Shown piece by piece: positions 20,967-31,288 of a stretch of DNA of 37,015 nt. Below the pieces are notes generated by a model, which was not told where the DNA came from, did not search any database, and saw only the letters and a program-made list of their open reading frames with translations. Source of the stretch: Piromyces finnis finn (taxonomy: Eukaryota > Fungi > Neocallimastigomycota); contig MCFH01000121.1 in NCBI GenBank assembly GCA_002104945.1, positions 1 to 37,015 of the forward strand, read 5' to 3'. The position numbers and the translations under genes were made by a program. Each line of letters opens with the position of its first letter. Position 1 is the stretch's first letter.

Positions 20967-23900
20967 ATAGTGGGAGAAGAAGCACTCCCAGTAATCCAAA
21001 AATAGCTTCACTTAATAACAGTTCAGTTGATAATAATGAGTACTCTGAATATTCTGAGTATTCTGACTTATCAGATAATGAAGAAATATCTTCTATTGAA
21101 GATAAAATTATTGCTGCAGCTAAAAGAAAAGCTAATGATGAAGAAGACTCTTCCAAGAAAAGAGTACAAAAATCATTAAAAGAAGACCCAAGACCAATAG
21201 TTACCCCTGCTACTAGGAAGCAACAAGAACGTGAACTCAGTAATGAGAGTTTAGAATCAGGTTCACCATCACAACCCAAGAACCAACTTGACACGTCTGT
21301 TCTGAGTCAACCTAATATTAACAAGGAAAAAGAAAAAAGTAAAAGACTCAGAGAAAAACAAAGAAGTAAACCACCAACCCCCATAAATAAAGACGAAAGA
21401 GAAGAAAACGAAGATATGGAGGTCAGTATTGATACGGAAGATAAAGTAGAAGTAGAAAAAGCTAAAAAGAAAAATACAGATATTCTACCGACGTTATTGA
21501 AAATGACTAAAGATAAAGAAAAAGATAAAACTAAAGAGGAGAAAGTCACACGTAATATCCAAATGAGAGGTGATACCAGTGATTATGATATTTTTGAAGA
21601 TTTAAACACAGCTAAATGTGATATTACTTATGGACAGTTATTTAATGTATGCCCAAAAATAAGAACACAACTTTCCCAAGGACTAAAGTTAGAGAAAGTA
21701 CAAAGCAAGGTATCAGGTGCATTAAATAACATAGTAGCTACTACAACCTTATTAAATAATATCTACCATGACTATATAAGTAAGAATAATGAAGCTTCAG
21801 AAGAGGATATAGCAATGGTGGATGCGACTGTGGATGGAATACCAGGAAAACTACTGGTGGATACGTGTAGTAACTTAAATGTTATTACATCTTCTTTTTA
21901 CAAAAGACTACCAAAGGAATATGAAGTGGTAGGAATAAGCAAAGGACGTATTCGACTAGCTACTACTGATGAAGAATACTCTGAGGGTACTGTGGTGCGT
22001 ATACCAGTTAGAATAGGAGAGGTAGAACTAGTGGTTGACTTCAGAATACTTGAAAAAGAAGAACCGTTCTATGATATGTTAATAAATTATAAAACTCAAG
22101 TAGATAATTTATTATATATAAATCCAGTAACCAAGAGCTTATGTCAAGTGAAAGAAAGAGGTGTAGTAGAAGAAATAGTACCTATCAATAACCAATATTA
22201 TAATGAAGGAAAATTGGTATGTACTATTAAGAAGATACCAGATGGAGATACTAAAAGCTTGAAGTCTATTGAAGGTTTACCACCTCAGGAGTATATACAC
22301 AATGAGATATTCTTGAACACCTTACCAAAAGATAAACGGAAAGAAATACTCCGACTTTTGGAAGAAAACTTAGAGATTATTGCGACGTCTTCTGAGGAAT
22401 TAACGCCTTCTAAATTATCACCACATAAAATAAATCTAAAGGCTGGTGTAAAACCAGTTAAACAAAGAGCTTATAGGTTAACTAAATTTAAATCAGATAT
22501 ACTAAAAGAAGAGTTAACTAAGCTAATAGAAAAAAAGTTAATAGAGCCGTCCTATTCAGAATGGTCCTCCCCTGTAGTTCTGGTTCCAAAACATAATGGT
22601 AAGTGGAGAATGTGTGTGGACTATAGGAGAGTGAACGACCTCACGGAAAAGGACTCTTATTCACTCCCCTATATTGATGAAATATTTGATAGTCTGAACG
22701 GAGCCAAAATATTCACTACTATGGACTTATATTCAGGTTATCATCAAATTTCTATGCATGAGGAAAGCACTGAGGTTACTAGTTTTACTACCAAGTTTGG
22801 TAACTATCAGTTTAAGGTCATGCCGTTTGGGTTAACTAATGCACCAGCAACTTTTCAGAGGGAAATGAATAAGATATTATTTCCTTTAATAGGAAATTGT
22901 GTATATAATTTTATTGATGATGTACTCATATATTCCAAGAGTGTGGAAGAACACATGGAACATATTAAGAGAGTATTTGAAATATTGAAAGAAAATGAAT
23001 TAAAAATAAATCTTGAGAAATGTAGTTTTATGAAGGAAGAAGTAAATGTATTAGGTCACAGGTTATCTACTAAAGGTTTGAGTCCTTTGGAAAGTAAAAT
23101 AGAAGCCATAAGGAAGTGGGAAGCTCCAGGAAATATTCATGAGTTACGTTCATTTTTGGGTGCAGTAGGATATTATCGAAATTTTATTCCTAATTATTCT
23201 CAAGTAACCGCGCCCTTATGTGAGTTATTAAAGAAAAATGTACGATATAAATGGGAAGAAAAACATGAAAAAGCATTTAAAGTATTAAAAGAAAAACTGA
23301 TAAACGCTCCCATTTTAAAGTTTCCTGAATTTGATAAGCCTTTTATCATACGTACGGACGCGTCGTATGAAGGAGTGGGTGGTGTTTTATTACAAGAAGA
23401 TGAAACTAACAAAATAGAACACCCTGTACATTATATTAGTCGAAGTCTTAGTAAAGCGGAGAAGAACTATGGAATAACAGAGTTAGAAGGTGCTGCGTTA
23501 TTCTTTTGCGTGAGTAAGTTAAAACCTTATATTTTAGGAAACCCGTACACTACTATGGTTTATACGGACCATAAACCACTTTTGGGTTTATTTAAAAATA
23601 AGGAACCAAATAGTGCACGTCACAACAGATGGTGTCTTACAGTAAGTCAGTTGGATATTGATATTCAATATGATAAAGGAAAGAATAATGTTATAGCTGA
23701 TGCATTATCAAGAATGAAGAATAAAGAGGAGAAAAAGATACTGGTAACAAAAATTAATAAAACTAATAATGAAGAGTTATTAACCAAAGTTATTAAGGAG
23801 TTTATAGCTGAAAAATTTACTACCATAGATGGGAAGGACTATTTCGTAGATGGTAATAACTTACGTCAGCTAATATCTACTGTAGAAGAAAAAGTAAAGT

Positions 23901-24934
23901 TAATATTTCAAGCACATAACGTAGGTCATGAAGGTTATTATAAGACTTATCAAAGGTTAAAGAAAAATTATTATTGGAATGATATGATAGCGGATATTAA
24001 AAGAATTATTAGCAAGTGTGAGAAGTGTCAAGTAAATAGACCACAACCTTATCCAGAACCAACTGAGGACAAAGCTACTAAAGTGGAAGGACCATTTGTA
24101 CATCTAGGTTTGGATATTATTGGGCCATTACCTAAGACAAGAAATAGTAAACAATATATAATAGTCATAGTTGACTATTTTACTAAATGGGTAGAAGCCG
24201 AAGCGGTGGAAACTGTTACTTCTCTGGACGTGATAAAGTTTTTAATAAATGTGTTTGCAAGACATGGGGTACCACAAGTTATTACTACAGATAATGGAAC
24301 TCAATTTACCTCAGATATGACAAAGATATTTCTAGACCTATATGACGTATATGTGAAGTTCACAGTTCCCTACCACCCTGAAAGTAATGGATTAACAGAA
24401 AACCGAAATAAGGAAATTGGGAAACTTTTAAGACTTTTAGGGAAAGAAAGTAAAGACTGGGATGAAGTTCTACCTTCCGCGCTTTGGGCCTTAAGAACTA
24501 CAAAGAATACGGCTACGAAACATTCAAGTTTTGAGCTAGTTTATGGTAGGGAAGACCAACAACCTTTTGATATAGCTGCCCGACCCACTAAAGATCAAAA
24601 CAAGAGTTCCGATGAAATTCTTTTGGAAAAGTTTATAAATCACTACCGATGGACCCTAGAAGCTGCTGAAAATGTAAAGACGGCTAATAAATATTGGTCT
24701 ATGAGAAGAGAAGAAAAATTAAGTATGAACCAAGCTAAGAAAATAAAAGTAGGTGACCTAGTTTTGGTAAGAAACTTCAGTAGAACAAAATTGGAACCTT
24801 ACTTTGTAGGACCTCTCAAAGTGGTCCAGAAACAGTTCAATACAGTAGTCTTAGCAGACCCAGAAACTGGAGTACTAATGAACAGAAATGTACATTTCAA
24901 AAATGTCGTTAAATATAACTCAGCAACGGAGTAG
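20909..24934 (+). CDS. pol: Family C Pol (PR-RT-RNaseH-IN-GPY/F), most likely expressed as a ~1625-aa Gag-Pol fusion
   Basis: I translated the frame and found it stop-free from 20909 into the listed ORF at 21416. Motifs LLVDTCS, WRMCVDYR, FIDD (22910-22921), RTDAS, H..GH...CEKC, GLDIIGP, TDNGTQF, FVGPL; no chromodomain. Confidence 0.95.
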   Translation, partial: AECHSRRKQTKGQKRSFKLDSGRRSTPSNPKIASLNNSSVDNNEYSEYSEYSDLSDNEEISSIEDKIIAAAKRKANDEEDSSKKRVQKSLKEDPRPIVTPATRKQQERELSNESLESGSPSQPKNQLDTSVLSQPNINKEKEKSKRLREKQRSKPPTPINKDEREENEDMEVSIDTEDKVEVEKAKKKNTDILPTLLKMTKDKEKDKTKEEKVTRNIQMRGDTSDYDIFEDLNTAKCDITYGQLFNVCPKIRTQLSQGLKLEKVQSKVSGALNNIVATTTLLNNIYHDYISKNNEASEEDIAMVDATVDGIPGKLLVDTCSNLNVITSSFYKRLPKEYEVVGISKGRIRLATTDEEYSEGTVVRIPVRIGEVELVVDFRILEKEEPFYDMLINYKTQVDNLLYINPVTKSLCQVKERGVVEEIVPINNQYYNEGKLVCTIKKIPDGDTKSLKSIEGLPPQEYIHNEIFLNTLPKDKRKEILRLLEENLEIIATSSEELTPSKLSPHKINLKAGVKPVKQRAYRLTKFKSDILKEELTKLIEKKLIEPSYSEWSSPVVLVPKHNGKWRMCVDYRRVNDLTEKDSYSLPYIDEIFDSLNGAKIFTTMDLYSGYHQISMHEESTEVTSFTTKFGNYQFKVMPFGLTNAPATFQREMNKILFPLIGNCVYNFIDDVLIYSKSVEEHMEHIKRVFEILKENELKINLEKCSFMKEEVNVLGHRLSTKGLSPLESKIEAIRKWEAPGNIHELRSFLGAVGYYRNFIPNYSQVTAPLCELLKKNVRYKWEEKHEKAFKVLKEKLINAPILKFPEFDKPFIIRTDASYEGVGGVLLQEDETNKIEHPVHYISRSLSKAEKNYGITELEGAALFFCVSKLKPYILGNPYTTMVYTDHKPLLGLFKNKEPNSARHNRWCLTVSQLDIDIQYDKGKNNVIADALSRMKNKEEKKILVTKINKTNNEELLTKVIKEFIAEKFTTIDGKDYFVDGNNLRQLISTVEEKVKLIFQAHNVGHEGYYKTYQRLKKNYYWNDMIADIKRIISKCEKCQVNRPQPYPEPTEDKATKVEGPFVHLGLDIIGPLPKTRNSKQYIIVIVDYFTKWVEAEAVETVTSLDVIKFLINVFARHGVPQVITTDNGTQFTSDMTKIFLDLYDVYVKFTVPYHPESNGLTENRNKEIGKLLRLLGKESKDWDEVLPSALWALRTTKNTATKHSSFELVYGREDQQPFDIAARPTKDQNKSSDEILLEKFINHYRWTLEAAENVKTANKYWSMRREEKLSMNQAKKIKVGDLVLVRNFSRTKLEPYFVGPLKVVQKQFNTVVLADPETGVLMNRNVHFKNVVKYNSATE
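20957..21009 (+). promoter_or_regulatory. -1 programmed ribosomal frameshift signal (slippery heptamer plus predicted H-type pseudoknot)
   Basis: T_TTA_AAT (20957-20963) in correct gag phase; 7-nt spacer; S1 TGGGAG/CTCCCA (20971-76/20985-90); S2 GAAGC/GCTTC (20979-83/21005-09); the pol frame is -1 and open. Confidence 0.8.
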
Positions 24935-24958
24935 CTTGAGTTTTAACGAAGGGCATTC

Positions 24959-25817
24959 TGTTAAGGAATGAACATAAATAGTTGAATTAGCTAGAATTTT
25001 AGGAATTAACCTTCAACTATTTATATTCCTTACTAGTGTTTAACTCTATTTTTAAAATATAAAAATTATAATATATAATTTTTATACATTTTTCTAGTAA
25101 TTATTCATATTTTTATTATATAGTTATATTATTTGTATATAGTTATTTAAGACCTTTATTATTAGTATTAGTATAATTACTTATAATATTTTATACTTAT
25201 AAATTTTACAAAATTTTATTATTAAAATAGTTATAGGAATTTTATTATTATTTAAGGTTTATTTTATTAATTAACTTTATTGTATAATATTTTATAATTT
25301 GAAATTATGACATAGAATTTAATTATAATTTTTACTAAAAGAGGCAACTGTTACACACAAAACAGAAGATACCTCGACAGAAAAATTATTATTTATGTCT
25401 AAAAAAGGGCATAATTAATTGAATAATATAATTTTATTATATGTCATAATTAAATATATAATATATGATATGCAAAAATGTTACACATATCATAAATTAA
25501 AATTTTATTAATTATAAATTAAAAATTTTTCTATTCAAATATTAAGAGATTATTCATAATATATATTAAGGATTTAATTAATATATGTTACAGTGAATGA
25601 TCCATATATTATGAATGAAATCAATTTAAATCCTTAGCTATCCAAAACCATTAAATTTCAAATAATGGATAGTTGGAAAAAGTACGAGGATTTTTGAGAA
25701 AATTTTTAAAAATTGAAAAATCAAAAAATAAATTAAATGAATAAAAATTAAAATTAAATAAATTTTTATTTTTATAACTATTCAAGTGTTTTGTGATATC
25801 TTATTTGAACCGTAGCA
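24959..25817 (+). repeat. Family C 3' LTR, ~859 bp
   Basis: TGTTA...TAGCA imperfect inverted termini, starting 24 bp after the pol stop and downstream of purine-rich AACGAAGGG. The start is inferred, since the 5' LTR start is absent. Confidence 0.85.
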
Positions 25818-25823
25818 TATATG

Positions 25824-28184
25824 ATACGCTACTCATATAAAAACATAATAAAAACTAGCTGAATAAACACGATGTCACGAATACTAGTGAAAATACAATT
25901 TCAAGATCACTTGGAATTGTGAAATCACTTATGAAAATTCAAAATCAACAAATATTTTATTTTCAAATAAATTATAAAATTTTATTAAGAAATATTTAAA
26001 AATTTAGAAAAGGTTAAAATATGACCTTAACCCTTAATAATTTTTATAATAAATAACTTTAACCCTTATCGTTAAAATGGAATAAGGAAAAACACGCGTA
26101 TCTCCTCAACGAATGACGATTTTTGAATAAAAATATTTTGGTTATAATTACGTTCGTTAGAAAGCCACGCTCGAGACAAACAACATATCTTAAAATCAGG
26201 TCAATATCTCTGCTGGTTCACGAGATATTCCAATTTAAAGATATTTTGTTAGCAATGATTAATTGTTTATTCAGAGAATGATCACCCCTGATATATCAAA
26301 CATAAATCATTCACTCAAAGTATAAAAATTATTGTTTAATTAAATCAACATTATTTTCTGGAACTAATTAACTTTATTTTATAATAATTATTTCAATAAC
26401 ATAATTTATAATCTTTGAACTAGAGGATTATAATTATTAATATTATATTCAATGAATTATATTATAATTAAGAAATAATTAATATTATGAATATTATAAA
26501 CAATAGTTATTTTTTAATAATTAGGAATAAGTCTTAAGTTTAGTTTAAGTATTATAAAATATATTATGAATATAATCATGTATTGAAAAGTTATTTTATT
26601 ATTAAATGTAAAATTACAAATAGTATAAATAGTTTAGAATAGTTTATGAAATTAAAATCTTTGTAAAGATTATTAACCAAAAATTATTAACCATAAATTA
26701 TTAAATTATTAACTATAAATTATTAACTAAAGATTATTAACTATAAATTATTAACTATTAATAATAATTAATACTTAATGAGTATTACTACTAAATAATC
26801 TTATTATTATATATTTTAGCAATATATCATTAAATAAAATAAAAGAAATTATTTTAACCATAATATATAATTTAATTATTCATTTATAAATCAATTAAGA
26901 TTATTTTAATAAAACATTTTTTTTTTTCTAACCTAGTTATCTTTTAACCTTTTATTTAATTTAATATTTTAATATTAAATTATAAGTTTAGTAAAACTTT
27001 TACACACGACTTAACCCATAGTAACTTATAATAAAAATAAACGATAATAACCCTTAAAAATGAATGAATAATAATTTTATGAAAATATAACCCTTTCTTT
27101 AAATAAAATAATATTCTTTTTATTATATAATAAATTCTGAGTAAAAACGACCTAATAGTGATAATAATAAAATAAATTATTAAATAAAATAAATTATAAA
27201 TAAAATAAATTATTAAATAAAATAAATTATTAAATAAAATAAATTATTAAATAAAATAAAACGACTTAATCCAATAATGTAATAAAATAATAAAATAATA
27301 ATAAATAAATAAAAATGAATAAATAAACTAAAAATAAAATGGTATACATCAAATTATTAATTCTAGTGTTTTATCCTTAGAAATTCTTTTAAATTTATAT
27401 ATATAAATTAATAAATAAATAATTGAGTAATTATTACTAAAATGATAAACTTAAAACCTGGAAATAGAACAATAATAACGATTCTAAAGATAAAATACAG
27501 AACTCTTTTATGTTTCTGTATAAAATGAGTGTTTATAATAATTGATACTTTTAATATTTTAATTTCATTTTAATTTTATTTTAATTTTGTTTTAATTATA
27601 TTTTAATTTTATTTTAATATTATTTTAATTTTATTTTAATATTATTTTAATTTTATTTTAATATTATTTTAATTTTAAATTTTAATTATTTTATTCAAGG
27701 TATTATACATTTAATGATAGTCAATGATAATTTATAATAATTTTTCTAAATTTAAGCATTTTGAAGTAATAAGAAAATCAAATAAGTAATATTCTATAAT
27801 ATTTTATAATACTAAGACATAATTTTAATTTATTCTTTTAATTTTAATAAATAATAACAATAGTAATAATAATATTTAATAGTTAAAAATAATAATACAT
27901 TTAATAAATGAAAATGTATAAAAGGAAGATAAAATTCTTCTTTATAAAGAGGCGGACAATAAATAGAGAATAAAAAGACAATAAATAGATAATAAATAAA
28001 TTATAAAATATAATAAAGAATTTAAAACATAATAAGAGTTTATTTTTGAGTTTTGAGTGATTTATTTGTTAATTATAAAACATATTTTATTTTATTTTAA
28101 ATTTATTGTTTCATCATAATAATATAGAATTTATTATTTATTATAAGCATTATATTATTCAAAAATATATCGGTCAACGCATCA
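25824..28184 (+). repeat. Unclassified AT-rich repeat D, copy 1 (25824-25872 plus 27005-28184, interrupted by the solo LTR-A)
   Basis: Reverse complement of 33461-33504 plus 31289-32328; shared blocks include CTACTCATATAAAAACATAATAAAAACTAGCT, ACGACTTAACCCATAG and CGGTCAACGCATCA. Confidence 0.85.
25873..27004 (+). mobile_element. Family A solo LTR with 5-bp target-site duplication CACGA
   Basis: CACGA(25868-72)-TGTCACG...TTTTACA-CACGA(27005-09). It is ~100 bp longer than the other copies, mostly through expansion of an AAATTATTAACYAT-like unit at ~26670-26770. Confidence 0.95.
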
Positions 28185-28755
28185 TCGTTGATAAATAATA
28201 ATTATAAATATATTATACATTTGATATTAGTAGAAAATTTTATTATAAAATAATTATTTAATAATTTTTTATAGTTTATTATAAAAATATAATTTACATA
28301 AAATCAAATATTTTATAAATTTATATATTTGATTGGGTTAATTATAAAAATAATTTTAATATAAAGAATAATAATATTTTTTAGTAGAAAATAAGAAGAC
28401 TTAGATTATTAATAATAAGTTAAATTTTAATAATAGTTGATATAATTAATTAAATAATACATAATAATATTTAAAAGACAAAAATAAGTTTTTATATAAT
28501 AAAAATCATTGTTATAAAGAGCGTAAAAACAATAAATAAAAGAAAATATAAAAACGAAATTAAACTTGTCTAATTTGTAATTATTGTGTTAATAATAAAT
28601 AATATTTTATAGAATAAATCTGGTGTAATTATTCTATATAAATGTTATTAAAATAATAAAACTATTAAAATTATAAAACAAATTAAATCTATTTAATAAA
28701 ACTAGTATATATTGTTAAAGCTCGTACAATAGCTGTCGAGATAAAACAATATAAG

Positions 28756-28806
28756 ATAACAGAAGAAGTAGTTATATTACAACTTTTCAACTACTTCTTC
28801 TGTTAT
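28756..28806. repeat. Perfect 18-bp inverted repeat (hairpin) with a 15-nt loop
   Basis: ATAACAGAAGAAGTAGTT (28756-73) / AACTACTTCTTCTGTTAT (28789-806). Confidence 0.9.
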
Positions 28807-29972
28807 GTCAAGAATAGAAGACGATTAAAAAATAAATTAAATATTCAAATAAACAATTTAAACACTTTTAAAAAATAATTAAATGATCACTTTGAAAAAA
28901 TTTAATATTGAAAAGGGTTAAGGATCACAAAAATTTAATTTTCAATAAATTAACCCTTGAGAAAAAATACGTTATACGAAACTAGTGATAACTTCTGAAT
29001 CTCGTGTCCTATTTTCCTTTTCTAGAGAATTCAAATTAATTTTATTAGAAAGTACTAGTTGAGATCTATATTCTCACAAATTATCAGCTAATTTAGACCA
29101 CTAGTTCTTGAGATATAGCAATTTAAAGAATTGATTAGTTTCATATATTAAAATGATCAATATTATTTTATATAATTAAAGTCATTATTCATGTCATCCA
29201 ACTTTCTATAAATAATTCAATTTAAAAATTCTCCATTATTATTAAATAAGGTTAGATAATAAATATTCTTGATTACAAACCTAATCAATTATAAAAATTA
29301 ATTAATAAATTTTCAAATAATTTTGATTAATAACCTCAATCATAATCAAACCAAAAAGCCTTTGGATCAAAAATCATTAGTTATAATTATTAATTAATTA
29401 ATCATGAGAATATATAATTAGTATCAGTAATTGTTATTCTCAATTTATAATATTAAATATTTACAATTTAAGATGATTAAAACAATACTTTTATTTTAAA
29501 AGTAATTTAGAAGATTAATCTTAAGATCTATCATATGAATTCATATTATTAATATCAATATCAATTATTAATATTTTAATTTAAAATTATTTTATTTTTA
29601 TCTTTATTATTAATATCAATATTAATATCAATGTAATTTTATTATATGTAAGAAAAAAGTATTTAAACAAAGAATTGAAATCAATTTTAAAATTCTTTGT
29701 AAGATTATTAATTATTAACTATAATATAACTTAATAAATATTATCTTAATAAATAAATAATTAATAAACAAATTTCATAATTAAATTATATTAAAATTTT
29801 TATTTTAAATATAAAAACCTATTTAATTTTTAAATTAGTATTATTTAAATTCTTTAATAAGTTCTGAAGAAAAGATTTAATAATAAATAAGTTTAATATT
29901 TTATTAGTAAATTAAGTTATATTATATAAAACATTCTGACCAAGTTACATATCAACCCTAGCTCACTTTACA
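28806..29972 (+). mobile_element. LTR-like element family B, copy 1 (no internal coding sequence, no TSD)
   Basis: TGTCAAGAATAG...CACTTTACA; both ends are defined by the inverted copy at 32329-33460; shares terminal and internal motifs with LTR-A. Confidence 0.7.
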
Positions 29973-31288
29973 GAAAATTGTCAAGAGTTTGAGTGGATTT
30001 AGAGTTATAATTAAGTCTACTAAGTTAGGATAGGCTTAATTATATAGTAAATAATAAATTTTTATAAATAAAAGAATAATAAATATAGTTTTTTTTAAGA
30101 ATTATTTTATTTAATTTTTGTAATATAAATAAATGATTATTATCAATTTTAAATATTGAATTTACTATATAAAAATGAGTATTAATAATCTCACAAAGAA
30201 CTTCTTAAAGTTGTTCTTTGTTCAACTTATTTATACTTTCATTTTTAATATAATATTGATATTAATAAAGTATAATAATAATATAATTTAAGTTATACAT
30301 GTATAATAATATAAATATAAATATAGATATTAATAAAATATAATAATAATATAATATAATTTTCTTTAAATATCGATATTAATAAGTTGTTAAAAATAAT
30401 ATTAATAATTATTTAAATGAATCTTATTTTACTAATTGGTTTGTTTAATGTTAATTGCTACACTATTTATCTCCGGATAATAAATAGCTTTCCAATTAAT
30501 ATTTATATTAAATAAACTATTATTAGTAAAATACTATTAAATTAATATTTTAATTAATTTAACTAATAATTTCAAAATTATGAAATTTCATGAAATGTCA
30601 AATTTCATGAATTGTGATTTTGACAGTTAAATTGGAATTCCTATGTTCTTGCATTTTTCTGAATCAGTCGTACCAATAATGATAAACAATTAAATTTATA
30701 AAATTAAATATTATTATGATAACATTATTTTAAACACAGATTAATATAAATTAAATTAGTACTAAAATATTTATATAAATTATTAATTTTAAAATTATAA
30801 ATGTAAACAAGAAATTACTTATTTGTTTATTTGTTTATTAATTAAATAGTTAATTATTGTTTATTAATATAATACTTTAAAATAATATAAATGTATAAAT
30901 AGTGTTAGAATTACTTTATTTTAAAAATTGTTCCTAATAATCCGTCAAAATTAGATATATTATATTAAATTTGATAAATGGTTACTAATTATCCAAGAGA
31001 GAAAAATTAGATATTTATTTTAATAAAACAATATTTTTTATATAACTTCTATGATACATACAAGATGTATTAATTCTTAATTATTTAATAATACGAGAGT
31101 TATTAAATAATATTATAATTTTATAATTAAATATAATAAACTTTATATTTTTAAAAATTAACTAATACTTGCAAATGAATAAGTATAAAAATCATTTATT
31201 TTATTTTCTTATTTTTTTTAGATACAAATATTATCACTTTCTATATTCATTTATAGAATTAAGATAATATTCACCTTGTATCACTAAA

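Larger units (their letters stand above)
18827..25817 (+). mobile_element. Family C Ty3/Gypsy element (non-chromoviral), near-complete and young
   Basis: Two direct LTR copies flank an intact gag and an intact pol. The first 44 bp of the 5' LTR are displaced by the family A insertion. Confidence 0.96.

Noticed and set aside
20905-21549. Antisense ORFs (129 aa, 80 aa) and similar shadows at 2488-2775, 3194-3505, 3411-3599, 3865-4200, 10057-10245, 12853-13041, 16586-16768 and 23200-23412
   Set aside because: Alternate-frame or opposite-strand shadows of gag/pol, explained by codon bias.
25822-28184. Repeat D as a TIR/MITE or LTR with TGATACG...CGCATCA termini
   Set aside because: No TSD, and the second copy does not share the TGATACG end; left unclassified.
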